A stretch of DNA of 32,000 nucleotides from Schaalia odontolytica (GCF_005696695.1 NZ_CP040006.1:480001-512000), one strand, 5' to 3'; shown: positions 15,713 to 25,926, numbered from the stretch's first letter. The notes: generated by a model not told the origin, from the letters alone. Numbers and translations: made by a program.

Positions 15713-16633
15713 ATGACTACGCTCCTTGCCCTCGACATCGGTGGCACCAAGGTCGGGTGGGGCATCGTCGAGGCCGGTGACACCTACGAGGTCACCGAGC
15801 GCGGATCGATCCCCACTGACGCGATGCGCGGCGGAGCGGACGTGGCGGCTCGCATCTGCGACCTCGCCTCGTCCCTGGTCGCCTCTCACCCGCAAGTCGC
15901 GGGCGTCGCCGTCGCCAGCGCCGGCGTCGTCGACCCGTCGACCGGCGATATCGTCTCCGCCACGGGCACCATGCCCGGCTGGGGAGGCACGCCCCTGGGC
16001 GCTCTGCTTCAGGAAGCGACCGGCCTGAAGGTGCGCGTCCTCAACGACGTGCACGCGCACGGCCTGGGCGAGGCCACGCTCGGCGCCGGCCAGCCCTACC
16101 GCACCGTCCTTTCGATCGCCGTCGGCACCGGAATCGGCGGCGCCCTCGTCGAAGACCGCCAGGTCTCCTTCGGGTCGCGTGGCATCGCCGGACACGTTGG
16201 CCACATCCACCACCACTTCGCCCCCGACATGACGTGCTCGTGCGGCCGCAAGGGCCACATCGAGTCCTTCTGCTCCGGCTCGGGTATCACGGCCTGGTAC
16301 GACTCGCTGCGCAGCGACTCCGACCCCGAGGTTGACGGGGGACGCGCCCTGCAGGAGCTTGCCGAATCCGGCAACGCCCTGGCCGCCGCCTGCTTCTCCC
16401 GCTCCGCGTTTGCGCTCGGCGAGGCCACGGCCTCGTTGGTCAACTGCGTGGACCCGGCCGTCGTCATCCTGTCCGGGTCCATGACCCGCTCCGGGGACAT
16501 CTGGTGGGACGCCCTGCGCGAAGGCTTCGCGGCCTCTGCGATGACGCCCGTCGCCGACACCCCCATCCTCGTTGGTTCCCTCGGCGGCGACGCGCCGCTG
16601 CTCGGAGCCGTTTCCTTCTTCCTGCACGCATAG
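15713..16633 (+). CDS. nanK: ROK-family sugar kinase, probable N-acetylmannosamine kinase
   Basis: The N-terminal ATP-binding motif is LALDIGGTKVGWG. The ROK zinc motif is GHVGHI..CSCGRKGHIESFCSG. AAGGA lies upstream of ATG 15713. It sits between nanA and nanE. Confidence 0.75.
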   Translation: MTTLLALDIGGTKVGWGIVEAGDTYEVTERGSIPTDAMRGGADVAARICDLASSLVASHPQVAGVAVASAGVVDPSTGDIVSATGTMPGWGGTPLGALLQEATGLKVRVLNDVHAHGLGEATLGAGQPYRTVLSIAVGTGIGGALVEDRQVSFGSRGIAGHVGHIHHHFAPDMTCSCGRKGHIESFCSGSGITAWYDSLRSDSDPEVDGGRALQELAESGNALAAACFSRSAFALGEATASLVNCVDPAVVILSGSMTRSGDIWWDALREGFAASAMTPVADTPILVGSLGGDAPLLGAVSFFLHA

Positions 16634-16642
16634 GAGTTCACC

Positions 16643-17317
16643 ATGCACCCGCTCATTGCAAACCTGAAGGGCAAGCTCATCGTCTCCGTCCAGGCGTACC
16701 CGGGCGAGCCCATGCGCCACCCCGAGACGATGGCCCAGATCGCCCGCGCCGCCGAGATCGGTGGCGCCGCCGCCATCCGCTGCCAGGGCCTGTCCGACAT
16801 TTCCGCGATCAAGGGCCGCGTCGACGTCCCCGTGATCGGCCTGTGGAAGGAAGGCCACGAGGGCGTGTACATCACCCCCTCGCTGCGCCACGCCCGCGCC
16901 TGCGTCATGGCCGGCTCCGACATCGTCGCCCTGGATGCGACGGGTCGCCCGCGCCTCGACGGCCTGAGCTTCGCCGAGACCGTTGCGGCCCTGCGCGAGG
17001 ACGGCACGCTCGTCATGGCTGACTGTGGCTCCTTCGAGGACGCCCAGCGCGCCGTCGACGCCGGCGTGGACATCGTGTCCACGACCCTCGCGGGCTACAC
17101 GGGCGACCGCGTGAAGACCGACGGGCCCGACCTGGAGCTGCTGCGCGAGGTCGTCGCCGCGTTCCCGGACGTCCCCGTGATCTGCGAGGGGCGTGTTCAC
17201 ACGCCCGAGCAGGCTGCCGCGGCCATCGAGGCCGGCGCGTTCGCCGTCATCGTCGGCACCGCGATCACGCACCCCACGTCGATCACGACGTGGTTTAAGG
17301 CTGCTGTGGAAGGCTGA
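16643..17317 (+). CDS. nanE: N-acetylmannosamine-6-phosphate 2-epimerase
   Basis: The 224-aa product has a typical NanE N-terminus (LKGKLIVSVQAYPGEPMRHPETMAQIARAAEIGGAAAIR) and a C-terminal VIVGTAITHP. It starts 9 nt after nanK. Confidence 0.85.
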   Translation: MHPLIANLKGKLIVSVQAYPGEPMRHPETMAQIARAAEIGGAAAIRCQGLSDISAIKGRVDVPVIGLWKEGHEGVYITPSLRHARACVMAGSDIVALDATGRPRLDGLSFAETVAALREDGTLVMADCGSFEDAQRAVDAGVDIVSTTLAGYTGDRVKTDGPDLELLREVVAAFPDVPVICEGRVHTPEQAAAAIEAGAFAVIVGTAITHPTSITTWFKAAVEG

Positions 17318-17334
17318 TCCTGTCGCTGTTGGGA

Positions 17335-17383
17335 CAGTGCGCGGGCGGGTGATCAACACCCGCCCGCGCACTGCGTTTTTCTC
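17335..17383 (+). terminator. strong intrinsic terminator after nanE
   Basis: A perfect 17-bp stem pairs CAGTGCGCGGGCGGGTG with CACCCGCCCGCGCACTG around an ATCAA loop. CGTTTTTCTC follows. Confidence 0.85.
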
Positions 17384-17409
17384 CCGGAAATGAGCGTATA
17401 TTACCCAGC

Positions 17410-18651
17410 ATGTCCGTCCCTTCCTCGCGTGCTCACGCTGCCCTTCGCGCTACCGGCATCGTCTACGTGTGCCTCGGTTTCGGCACGTCCGCGTGGCTCT
17501 CGCGCCTGCCCGACGTGCGCGATGACCTCGGGCTGACTCCGGCGACGATCGGCACGATGCTGCTCATCGCCTCCCTCGGCTCTCTGCTGACCCTGCCGAC
17601 CTCCGGCCCGATCGTCACGAAGATCGGCGCGCGGGCCTCGGGTCGTATCGGCGTGGCCATCTGGGCTCTCGGCATTGTCTGCGCGGGGGTGGGCGCGCTC
17701 AACGTGTCGATCCCGCTGGCCACTCTTGGCCTCGTGCTCCTGGCTGCCGGTAACGGCCTGTGGGGCGCCACCATGAACATCGAGGCTGGCCTCGTGCAGG
17801 CGGCCGTGCGCCGCACCGTTGTGCCCATCATCCAGGCGATGTACGCGGTCGGCATGCTGGGAGGCGCGCTCCTCGGCGCGCTCGCCTCCCAGATGGGGCT
17901 GCCCCTCGGCGCCCACCTCTTCGGACTGGCCGCGCTCGAGCTTTTCGCCTGCGGCAGCGCCGTCGGCTTCTACCTGACGAAGGAGGAGGTCGCGGCGCTC
18001 GCCCCCGCGCAGGACAAGGGCGACGGGGGAGAGGCCTCGTCCAGCAAAGCGAAGGGCCTCACGCGCGTCGCCTGGCGAGAGAAGCAGACCGTGCTCATCG
18101 CCCTCATGGTCATGAGTGCCGGCCTCATGGAGGGTGCGGCGAACGACTGGCTCAACCTGTCGATGGTGGATGGCTACGGCTACTCGACCGCGGCTGCCTC
18201 AGCGGCGTTCGCATTCTTCCTGCTCATGATGACGATCGTGCGTTTCGCGTCCCCGCGCCTCGAGGCACGCCTGGGCTCGCCCATGCTGCTGCGCATCACC
18301 TTCACCGGTGCGGTCGTCGGCCTGCTGCTCGTGGCATTCGCCCCGCACCACCTGTTCGCCGTCGCGGGCATCGCCCTGTGGGGCATCGGATCGGCCCTCG
18401 GCTTCCCCCTGGGCATTTCGGCGCTGTCCGTCGACCCCGTCATGACGCCCGCGCGCGTCTCGGTGCTGTCGACCGTCAACTACGGCGCGGCCCTCATCGG
18501 CCCGCCGCTCCTCGGCCTCATCGCCGACCACATCGGCTACCACCGAGCGCTGGCCTTCGTGGCCCTGCCGGTCCTCCTCGCGATTGTGCTCGCCGGGCAG
18601 GTGCCCGACCGCCGCGGGACGAAGCGCACGGACCTCGCCTTCGGCGACTAG
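17410..18651 (+). CDS. MFS transporter (substrate unknown)
   Basis: The 413-aa product has about 12 predicted hydrophobic helices and a central charged loop (KEEVAALAPAQDKGDGGEASSSKAKG). There is no SD. TATATT (17397-17402) lies 7 nt before the ATG, which suggests a leaderless mRNA. Confidence 0.75.
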   Translation: MSVPSSRAHAALRATGIVYVCLGFGTSAWLSRLPDVRDDLGLTPATIGTMLLIASLGSLLTLPTSGPIVTKIGARASGRIGVAIWALGIVCAGVGALNVSIPLATLGLVLLAAGNGLWGATMNIEAGLVQAAVRRTVVPIIQAMYAVGMLGGALLGALASQMGLPLGAHLFGLAALELFACGSAVGFYLTKEEVAALAPAQDKGDGGEASSSKAKGLTRVAWREKQTVLIALMVMSAGLMEGAANDWLNLSMVDGYGYSTAAASAAFAFFLLMMTIVRFASPRLEARLGSPMLLRITFTGAVVGLLLVAFAPHHLFAVAGIALWGIGSALGFPLGISALSVDPVMTPARVSVLSTVNYGAALIGPPLLGLIADHIGYHRALAFVALPVLLAIVLAGQVPDRRGTKRTDLAFGD

Positions 18652-18661
18652 GCTTAGGGGC

Positions 18662-19750
18662 ATGACGACCCTTGCTGATCTGACGACCCTGCGCGTGGGC
18701 GGGCCGATCGCCCGCCTCGTGCCCGCCACGTCCTCCGATGCCCTCGTGGACGCTGTCGCCGCGGCCGACGCCGCCGGCGGCCCGCTCCTCGTCGTGGGCG
18801 GAGGGTCGAACCTGCTGGCCTCCGACGCCCCCTTCGAGGGCACGGTCGTCGACGTGCAGCCCTTCGGTGAGGTCGCCTCGATCATCCACGAGGACCCCGC
18901 CGGTTCGGTCGTCGTGCGCGCCGGCGCGGGCACGGTCTGGGATGAGTTCGTCTCCTGGACGCTGTCTGAGGGGTTCTGCGGCCTCGAGGCGCTCTCCGGC
19001 ATCCCCGGAACCGTCGGCGCCTCCCCGGTGCAAAACGTGGGCGCCTACGGCCACGAGGTCTCCGAGACCATCGAGAGTGTCGAGGCCTACGACCGCCTGA
19101 CGGGCATCGTCGTGCGCCTGCTGCCCTCTGACCTCGGCTTCGCCTACCGCTCCTCGGCGATCAAGCGAAGCGTCGGCCAGCCCGGCCTGGGCGACCGCCC
19201 CTGGGGCCCCACTGGCCGCTGGGTGGTCCTGTCCGTGGACTTCCGACTCGAGCGCTCGCCCCTGAGCGCGCCCGTCATGTACGCCGAGCTGGCCCGCCGC
19301 CTCGGCGTCGAGGCCGGGGAGCGCGCCGATGCTTCCCTGGTCCGCTCGACCGTCCTGGATCTGCGTCGCGGCAAGGGCATGGTCCTCGATCCCGCCGATC
19401 ACGACACGTGGAGCGCCGGTTCCTTCTTCACGAACCCGATCCTGCCCGAGGCCGCGGCCGCCTCCCTGCCCGAGGGAGCGCCTCGCTTTAGCGCGGGGGA
19501 GGGCCTCGTCAAGACGAGCGCGGCCTGGCTCATCGATCATGCTGGCTGTGGCAAGGGCTTCCACCTGCCCGAGGCCGGGGATCCGCCGCGCGCGTCCCTG
19601 TCCACCAAGCACGTGCTGGCCCTGACGAACCGCGGCGGCGCGACGGGTGCCGACATCGAGGCCCTGGCCCGCACCGTGCGCAAGCGCGTCTTTGAGGCGT
19701 TCGGCGTGACCCTGGTGCCCGAGCCGGTCACGGTCGGCATCGCCTGGTAG
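18662..19750 (+). CDS. murB: UDP-N-acetylenolpyruvoylglucosamine reductase
   Basis: The N-terminal FAD-binding region reads LADLTTLRVGGPIARLV..LLVVGGGSNLLASD. The C-terminal MurB region reads SAGSFFTNPI and KTSAAWLIDHAGCGKG. The start is ATG 18662, because the track start at 18584 overlaps the MFS gene. Confidence 0.9.
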   Translation: MTTLADLTTLRVGGPIARLVPATSSDALVDAVAAADAAGGPLLVVGGGSNLLASDAPFEGTVVDVQPFGEVASIIHEDPAGSVVVRAGAGTVWDEFVSWTLSEGFCGLEALSGIPGTVGASPVQNVGAYGHEVSETIESVEAYDRLTGIVVRLLPSDLGFAYRSSAIKRSVGQPGLGDRPWGPTGRWVVLSVDFRLERSPLSAPVMYAELARRLGVEAGERADASLVRSTVLDLRRGKGMVLDPADHDTWSAGSFFTNPILPEAAAASLPEGAPRFSAGEGLVKTSAAWLIDHAGCGKGFHLPEAGDPPRASLSTKHVLALTNRGGATGADIEALARTVRKRVFEAFGVTLVPEPVTVGIAW

Positions 19751-19826
19751 ACGGTCACCCGGTAGCGGGTCACGGTCGTTGTGGCCTCGACCGTCTTTGG
19801 CATCTTTCCGGAGAACCCGTAGAGGG

Positions 19827-19960
19827 ACTTCCCCAAATTTCGCACGTAATTCCCCGGAGCGTGTTGTGAAGCATGCCCTGAAAACCGCGGAATATCAACG
19901 TTCTGGATTCAAGGTTTGAAAGAGGTGTGGGGGAATTACGTGCGAGATTGAGGGGGAAGT
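19827..19960. repeat. 134-bp element bounded by imperfect inverted repeats (MITE-like or long structured RNA)
   Basis: The left arm is ACTTCCCC-AAATT-TCGCACGTAATTCCCC (19827-19855). The right arm is GGGGAATTACGTGCGA-GATTGAG-GGGGAAGT (19930-19960). Perfect blocks of 16 bp and 8 bp are paired, and they flank a 73-nt GC-poorer core. Confidence 0.6.
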
Positions 19961-20009
19961 GGGCGCACCCCGCACAAGTACTATTCACTACGCCGCGGGC
20001 GCCGCAGTA

Positions 20010-21092
20010 CTATGCCACGGGCTCAGCCGCCAGCCACGCGTCGATGTCGGCCTTCCAGGCCGCCTTGCGCGAGGGCGAGGCCAGCGACGCGTCGATAGAG
20101 GACCGCGCCAGGTCTGCTAGGGCCTGGTCAGATAGGCCGAACACGTCGCGCGCGACCTCGTACTGGGCGACCAGGCGCGAACGGAACAGCAGCGGGTCGT
20201 CCGCAGCCAGCGCCACCGTAGCCCCCGCTGAGATCAGCGTCGGCAGCGGCACCTGCGAAAAGTCCGTGTAGACGCCCAGGTGCACGTTCGACGTGGGGCA
20301 CACCTCCAGAGCGATACCCGCGTCGACGACGGCCTGCAGCAGGTCCGGGTCCTCGCTGGTACGCACCCCGTGCCCGAGGCGGGCGGGTGCCAAAGCGGAC
20401 ACGACCTCGCGCACGGAGGACGGACCCAGGAGCTCGCCTCCGTGTGGAACACCCACGAGCCCGGCGCGGCGCGCGATGCGGAACGCTGGGGCAAACGAGG
20501 CCGTGGAGCCCACGCGCTCGTCGTTCGATAGGCCAAAACCGACGACCTCGCCGGGGCCATCCCCAGCAAACGACGCGGCCAGCCGCGCGAGCGTGCGCGC
20601 GTCCAACGGGTGCTTCATGCGCGACGCCGCAACGATCACCCCGATATCGACGCCGGTATCGCGCGAGGCCGCTCGGGCCTCGTCGATGATGATCTCAAGC
20701 GCTGGGGTGATACCGCCGACGTAGGGCGCGTAGGACGTAGGGTCGGCCTGAATCTCCATGCGCACCGAGCCTTCGGCGGCGTCGTCCTCGGCGGCCTCGC
20801 GGATGAGGCGGCGCATCGCGGCCTCGGAACGCACGAGGTGACGCGCGGAATCGTAGGCGCGCTGGAAACGGAACCAACCGCGCCCGTCGGCCGGCATGGA
20901 GGCCGCGTCGATGTGCAGCAGGTGAGGAGGCAGGCGCACGCCCTGGGCTCGCGCCATGTCGATCATGGTTGAGGGGCGCATCGCACCCGTGAAATGCAGG
21001 TGCAGGTGGGCCTTGGGGAGGGCGGCGAGGTCACGCCTGCCCGGTGGGGTGGGGCGCGGGGCCGTCAGGTTAGGGACAGCGGGCGCTTCCAC
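20010..21092 (-). CDS. add: adenosine deaminase family protein
   Basis: The metal-binding signature of the adenosine/AMP deaminase amidohydrolase family is present (KAHLHLHFTGAMRP, GHGVR, LAADDPLLF). The start is GTG 21092, 3 nt after the upstream gene's stop. Confidence 0.8.
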   Translation of the reverse strand: MEAPAVPNLTAPRPTPPGRRDLAALPKAHLHLHFTGAMRPSTMIDMARAQGVRLPPHLLHIDAASMPADGRGWFRFQRAYDSARHLVRSEAAMRRLIREAAEDDAAEGSVRMEIQADPTSYAPYVGGITPALEIIIDEARAASRDTGVDIGVIVAASRMKHPLDARTLARLAASFAGDGPGEVVGFGLSNDERVGSTASFAPAFRIARRAGLVGVPHGGELLGPSSVREVVSALAPARLGHGVRTSEDPDLLQAVVDAGIALEVCPTSNVHLGVYTDFSQVPLPTLISAGATVALAADDPLLFRSRLVAQYEVARDVFGLSDQALADLARSSIDASLASPSRKAAWKADIDAWLAAEPVA

Positions 21093-21095
21093 GGC

Positions 21096-21905
21096 CTAGT
21101 GCTCCCCGAGCCAGATGATGATGTCGCGAATCAGGCCGGGGCCCTCGGGCTCGTTGAGGAGCTCGTGGTAGGCGCCGTCGACGATGCGCAGGTGGATGTC
21201 GGCGTCCGGGTGCGCCGCGCGTGCCCCGCGCACGAGCTCGCGCGATCCGCGCAGGTCCGCCATCAGGTCATTCGAGCCGTGCATGACGAGCGTCGGAGTG
21301 CGCAGGCGGTCGGCGCGCGCGATGACCTCATCGCCCTGGAGGATCGAGGTCAGGCCCGTCAGAATCGGCACGCCGCCCTTGTAGGTGAGCGGGTCCGCGT
21401 CGAAGTCGCGCTGGACCTGCGGGTCGCGCGACAGGGGAGAGACCTCCATGTCAGACGCGCCCTTCGCCACGACGAGGCCGGGGCGCAGCCGAGCGATCGG
21501 CAGCAACATGCGCGCCTGGGAGGGGGAGACGTGGGGGAGGGGGCGCACCGCGGGCGCGGACAGGACGGTGCCGCGCAGCCGCGTTGGGTCAAGGATGGTC
21601 GAGGCAGCAGCGATGAGCCCGCCCATCGAGTGTCCGAACAGGAACAGGTCCGGGGTGCGCGCGTGGGCGAGGGCCGCCCGGCGTGCGTCGCCGAAGTCGC
21701 GGATGAGCGCGCCCACGTCCACGCGGGCGCGGGGACCCTCAGAGGTCCCGTGGCCCGCGTGGTCGTAGTAGGCGACGTCGTAACCGGCGCGGGTGAGTGC
21801 GGAGCGCAGGTGGGCGTAGCGCCCACAGTGTTCCGCGTACCCGTGGGCGAGGAGGACCGTCCCGAGGGGGGCCTCCTCGCCTGTCCGTTCGAATGAGACG
21901 TGCAT
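21096..21905 (-). CDS. alpha/beta hydrolase (lysophospholipase / monoacylglycerol lipase-like)
   Basis: It has the nucleophile elbow GHSMGG and an N-terminal VLLAHGYAEHCGRYAHL..YDHAGHGTSEG typical of this lipase subfamily. Its start overlaps the aminotransferase stop (ATGA). Confidence 0.8.
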   Translation of the reverse strand: MHVSFERTGEEAPLGTVLLAHGYAEHCGRYAHLRSALTRAGYDVAYYDHAGHGTSEGPRARVDVGALIRDFGDARRAALAHARTPDLFLFGHSMGGLIAAASTILDPTRLRGTVLSAPAVRPLPHVSPSQARMLLPIARLRPGLVVAKGASDMEVSPLSRDPQVQRDFDADPLTYKGGVPILTGLTSILQGDEVIARADRLRTPTLVMHGSNDLMADLRGSRELVRGARAAHPDADIHLRIVDGAYHELLNEPEGPGLIRDIIIWLGEH

Positions 21906-23110
21906 CAGGCGAAGAGCTCCTGCACGCGGGTGATGCCCTCGACGAGGTCGTCGTCGGCCAGGGCGTAGGAGAAGCGCAGGAAGCCGGAGGGGCCGAAGGC
22001 CTCGCCCGGGACCGCTGCGACCTCGACCTCGTCGAGGATCAGGTCGGCGAGCTCGCCCGACGTGTTGGCGACGCGGCCGCGGATTTCGCGACCCAGCAGG
22101 CGCTCGACGGAGGGGTAGACGTAGAACGCGCCCTTGGGTGTGGGAACGTCGAAGCCGTCGATCTGGCGCAGCATGTCAACGATCGTGCGGCGGCGACGGT
22201 CGAAGGCGACGCGCATCTCGTCCACGGCGTCCAGGGAACCCGACACGGCGGCGCGCGCGGCCTCCTGGGCGATGTTGTTGACGTTGGAGGTCAGGTGCGA
22301 CTGGAAGGACAGCGCGGCCTTGATGACGTCGGAGGGCCCGATCATCCAGCCCACTCGCCAGCCGGTCATCGCGTAGGTCTTGGCAACGCCGTTGAGGATA
22401 ACGGCCTGGTCGGCCAGCTCGGGCACCAGCTTGACGATGTGCGCGGTCTGCGCGTCCTCGTACAGCAGGTGCTCGTAGATCTCATCCGAGATGACCCAGA
22501 TGCCGTGCTCGAGGGCCCACTGGCCGATCGCGGTCAGCTCCTCGGGCGTGTAGACGCTGCCCGTCGGGTTGGACGGCGAGCACATGAGGAGGACCTTCGT
22601 GCGAGGCGTGCGCGCGGCCTCGAGCTGCTCGACGGTCACCTTGTAGTCCTGGTCGGCGCCCGCGAACACCTCGACGGGGGTCGCGCCGGCGAGCTTGACG
22701 ACCTCGGGGTATGTGGTCCAGTACGGGGTCGGCAGGATCGCCTCGTCGCCGGGGCCCAGCAGCGCGGCGAAAGCCTGGAAGACGGCCTGCTTGCCGCCGT
22801 TGGTGACGACGATGTCGGCGGGGGAGACCTCGTAGCCGGAGTCGCGCAGGGTCTTTTCTGCGATGGCCTCGCGCAGCGCGGGCAGGCCGGCGGCGGGGGT
22901 GTAGCGGTGCATCGCGGGGTTGCGAGCGGCCTTGACGGCGGCTTCGACAATGTAGTCGGGCGTGGCGAAGTCAGGTTCGCCGGCGCCGAAGCCGATCACC
23001 GGGCGGCCGGCGGCCTTGAGGGCCTTGGCCTTCGCGTCCACGGCCAGGGTCGCGGACGGGGTGATGGCGTTGAAACGATCAGAGACACGGGTGCGAGGAG
23101 TATTGGTCAC
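21905..23110 (-). CDS. pyridoxal-phosphate-dependent aminotransferase, class I (aspartate aminotransferase type)
   Basis: The N-terminal region reads [36 protein letters not shown]. It has NPTG and the PLP-lysine region ([16 protein letters not shown]). I place the start at GTG 23110 ([13 protein letters not shown]..). The track start at 23182 adds an Arg-rich, unconserved-looking extension. The start is uncertain. Confidence 0.85.
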   Translation of the reverse strand: MTNTPRTRVSDRFNAITPSATLAVDAKAKALKAAGRPVIGFGAGEPDFATPDYIVEAAVKAARNPAMHRYTPAAGLPALREAIAEKTLRDSGYEVSPADIVVTNGGKQAVFQAFAALLGPGDEAILPTPYWTTYPEVVKLAGATPVEVFAGADQDYKVTVEQLEAARTPRTKVLLMCSPSNPTGSVYTPEELTAIGQWALEHGIWVISDEIYEHLLYEDAQTAHIVKLVPELADQAVILNGVAKTYAMTGWRVGWMIGPSDVIKAALSFQSHLTSNVNNIAQEAARAAVSGSLDAVDEMRVAFDRRRRTIVDMLRQIDGFDVPTPKGAFYVYPSVERLLGREIRGRVANTSGELADLILDEVEVAAVPGEAFGPSGFLRFSYALADDDLVEGITRVQELFA

Positions 23111-23291
23111 CCCTCCATGGTCCCACGTCGCGCGCGCGTGTGGCGGAGAGCGCACACGATGCGTGCGTGGGCTACCTCTCATTTACGAGGTCGGGGCTGG
23201 TATTACGCGGCATGCGACCCGCCGGCGCGCATCTCGGTTGGACAAAGCGCCGCCTTATCCACTAATGTTCGTCAGGCAGGTTTTCCTGCGT

Positions 23292-23364
23292 AGGGCAGTG
23301 GCGCAATTGGTAGCGCACCGGTCTCCAAAACCGGCGGTTGTGGGTTCGAGTCCCGCCTGCCCTG
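23292..23364 (+). tRNA. tRNA-Trp (CCA)
   Basis: Manual fold: acceptor AGGGCAG/CTGCCCT, D-arm GCGC-AATTGGTA-GCGC, anticodon stem CCGGT/ACCGG with loop CTCCAAA, T-arm GTGGG-TTCGAGT-CCCGC. It occupies the conserved position upstream of secE. Confidence 0.9.
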
Positions 23365-23399
23365 CGGATTAGGCTGATCATTTTCGTAGGAGGATTCCC

Positions 23400-23696
23400 A
23401 TGGCCGATCGTGTTGCCTCGGATGCTGAATCCTCGCGCCGAGATCGCACTAAGAACGAAGCTACCCGCAAGCGTAGCGCCGCCACCAAGGAGCAGACGAA
23501 GCGTCCTGGTTTCTTCGGTGGCATCTGGCTCTTCTTCAAGCAGGTCATTGACGAAATGAAGAAGGTCACCTACCCCACGGGATCCGAGACCTGGACCTAC
23601 TTCCTCGTCGTTGTTGTGTTTGTCGCCGCAATCATGCTTTTCGCTGGCCTACTCGACTTCGGATTCGGTAAGCTAAGTGCATTGATCTTCGGCTGA
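23400..23696 (+). CDS. secE: preprotein translocase subunit SecE
   Basis: The 98-aa product has a basic N-terminal tail, then [16 protein letters not shown] and a single C-terminal TM helix. It lies between tRNA-Trp and nusG. Confidence 0.9.
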   Translation: MADRVASDAESSRRDRTKNEATRKRSAATKEQTKRPGFFGGIWLFFKQVIDEMKKVTYPTGSETWTYFLVVVVFVAAIMLFAGLLDFGFGKLSALIFG

Positions 23697-23704
23697 GACC
23701 GACG

Positions 23705-23740
23705 AACCCGCCCGCAGGACACTGCAGGCGGGTTTCTTCT
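23705..23740 (+). terminator. hairpin between secE and nusG (terminator/attenuator)
   Basis: AACCCGCCCGCAG (23705-23717), a GACA loop and CTGCAGGCGGGTT (23722-23734) form the stem with one mismatch. TCTTCT follows. Confidence 0.5.
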
Positions 23741-23773
23741 ACGGTCCGGCCCCATTTGCAGGAGGGAAACGTC

Positions 23774-24556
23774 GTGAGCGACGAAAACTACACCGAGGAA
23801 CAGGTCTTCGAGGAGCACCAGGAAGAGGTCCAGCAGGAGACCGCCGAGGCGCTGGCAGACGGAGCCGCCCAGGAAATCGTTGACGAGGTGGCCGAGGAGG
23901 TCGCCGAGAAGGAAACCGAATCGGACGACGAGGCCCCTGCCTCGACCGAAGAGGAAGCGATCGCCAAGCTGCGCCGCAAGCTCTACATGTCCCCCGGCGA
24001 CTGGTACGTCATCCACACCTACTCCGGCCACGAGCGCAAGGTGAAGGCCAACCTCGAGCAGCGCATCACCACGCAGAACATGGAAGACTACATCTTCGCC
24101 GTCGAGGTCCCGGACGAGTACGTCATGGAGTACCGCGGCAACGCGAAGAAGCGCGTGCGCCACGTGCGCATCCCCGGCTACGCGATCGTCTGCATGGACT
24201 TCAACGAGGCCTCGTACCGTGTCGTCAAGGAAACCCCCGCCGTCACCGGCTTCGTGGGTGACCAGCACAACCCTGTGCCGCTCTCGATCGACGAGGTCGT
24301 CATGCTCCTGACGCCCAACGTCCTCGAGGAAGCCGCCGAGGCCGCCAAGGATCAGCCCGCACCCGTCCAGGTCGTCCAGACCCAGTTCGAGGTTGGCGAG
24401 ATCGTCACCGTCACCGACGGACCTTTCGAGACCATGTCGGCCACGATCTCCGAGATCATGCCCGAGACTCAGAAGCTCAAGGTCCTCGTCACCATCTTCG
24501 AGCGCGAGACGCCGCTCGAGCTCGGCTTCGACCAGGTGGAGAAGCTCGAGCAGTGA
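23774..24556 (+). CDS. nusG: transcription termination/antitermination factor NusG (acidic N-terminal extension)
   Basis: The NGN domain reads [21 protein letters not shown] and the KOW region reads [24 protein letters not shown]. The start is GTG 23774, 7 nt after GGAGGG (23761-23766). Confidence 0.9.
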   Translation: MSDENYTEEQVFEEHQEEVQQETAEALADGAAQEIVDEVAEEVAEKETESDDEAPASTEEEAIAKLRRKLYMSPGDWYVIHTYSGHERKVKANLEQRITTQNMEDYIFAVEVPDEYVMEYRGNAKKRVRHVRIPGYAIVCMDFNEASYRVVKETPAVTGFVGDQHNPVPLSIDEVVMLLTPNVLEEAAEAAKDQPAPVQVVQTQFEVGEIVTVTDGPFETMSATISEIMPETQKLKVLVTIFERETPLELGFDQVEKLEQ

Positions 24557-24717
24557 CATCACGCACCCGGACTTGGGATCAAGCCCGGAATCGCGTTATG
24601 ATTCACTTTTGTGTGCGTAGGGCGCACTATGCCCACTGAAACCCAGTGAGCTGACGCCAAACGCTCCGCCCTGACCGACACCCGTCGGCCAGAACTTCAG
24701 AAGAAAGACCCGCATTC

Positions 24718-25149
24718 ATGGCACCGAAGAAGAAGGTCACCGGCCTGATCAAGCTTCAGATCGCAGCCGGCGCCGCTACCCCCGCACCGCCCGTCGGCCC
24801 CGCTCTGGGCCAGCACGGCGTGAACATCGTTGAGTTCACCAAGGCTTACAACGCGGCCACCGAGTCGCAGCGTGGAAACATCATCCCCGTTGAGATCACC
24901 GTCTACGAGGATCGTTCCTTCACGTTCGTCCTCAAGACGCCGCCCGCCGCTGAGCTCATCAAGAAGGCTGCTGGCATCCAGAAGGGTTCCGGCACCCCCA
25001 ACACCGTCAAGGTTGGTTCGATCACGATGGATCAGGCCCGCGAAATCGGCCAGTCCAAGATGGCTGACCTCAACGCCAACGATATCGAGGCCGCGGCCAA
25101 GATCATCGCCGGCACCGCCCGCTCCATGGGCATCAACGTCGAGGGCTGA
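24718..25149 (+). CDS. rplK: 50S ribosomal protein L11
   Basis: [45 protein letters not shown] is canonical L11. Confidence 0.95.
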   Translation: MAPKKKVTGLIKLQIAAGAATPAPPVGPALGQHGVNIVEFTKAYNAATESQRGNIIPVEITVYEDRSFTFVLKTPPAAELIKKAAGIQKGSGTPNTVKVGSITMDQAREIGQSKMADLNANDIEAAAKIIAGTARSMGINVEG

Positions 25150-25218
25150 CCTCAACCAACCCCCCCGTGGTAGGGCAGGCGCTGCCCGACACCCACGACT
25201 GCAAGGAGAAGAAGCAGA

Positions 25219-25926
25219 ATGACCAAGCGCTCCAAGAGCTACCGCGCAGCGGCCGAGAAGGTCCACGCGGACGTGCTGTACACCCCCTTCGAGGCCATGA
25301 AGCTGGCCAAGGAGACCACCGTCACCAAGTTCGACTCGACCGTTGAGGTCGTCTTCCGACTGGGTGTCGACCCCCGCCAGGCGGACCAGATGGTCCGTGG
25401 CACCGTTTCCCTGCCGCACGGCACCGGCAAGACCGCCCGGGTCTTGGTCTTCGCCGTTGGTCCGCGTGCTCAGGAAGCGATCGACGCAGGCGCCGACGAG
25501 GTCGGCGGCGACGAGCTCATCGAGAAGGTTGCCAAGGGCTACACCGACTTCGATGTCGCCGTTGCTACCCCCGACCTCATGGGCAAGGTTGGCCGCCTCG
25601 GCCGCGTCCTCGGCCCCCGTGGCCTCATGCCGAACCCCAAGACGGGCACCGTGACCATGGATGTCGCGAAGGCCGTCAAGGAGATCAAGGGTGGTCGTAT
25701 CGAGTTCCGCGTCGACAAGCACGCCAACCTGGCGTTCATCGTCGGCAAGGCCTCCTTCACCGCCGAGCAGCTGACCGAGAACTACGCCGCCGTCCTGGAC
25801 GAGGTGCTGCGTCTCAAGCCGACCTCTTCGAAGGGCCGCTACCTGATCAAGGGCGCCGTCGCCACGACGATGGGCCCCGGCATCCCGCTGGATGTCACCA
25901 AGGTCAAGGACCTCATCGAGAAGTGA
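25219..25926 (+). CDS. rplA: 50S ribosomal protein L1
   Basis: The 235-aa product contains [34 protein letters not shown] and [20 protein letters not shown], which are canonical L1. Confidence 0.95.
   Translation: MTKRSKSYRAAAEKVHADVLYTPFEAMKLAKETTVTKFDSTVEVVFRLGVDPRQADQMVRGTVSLPHGTGKTARVLVFAVGPRAQEAIDAGADEVGGDELIEKVAKGYTDFDVAVATPDLMGKVGRLGRVLGPRGLMPNPKTGTVTMDVAKAVKEIKGGRIEFRVDKHANLAFIVGKASFTAEQLTENYAAVLDEVLRLKPTSSKGRYLIKGAVATTMGPGIPLDVTKVKDLIEK

Noticed and set aside
19770-19988. A 72-aa ORF (-) and the 19927-20271 ORF (+) in the murB-add spacer.
   Set aside because: There is no SD, codon bias is poor and composition is not protein-like. The second ORF runs antisense into the add gene. The region is better explained by the inverted-repeat element.
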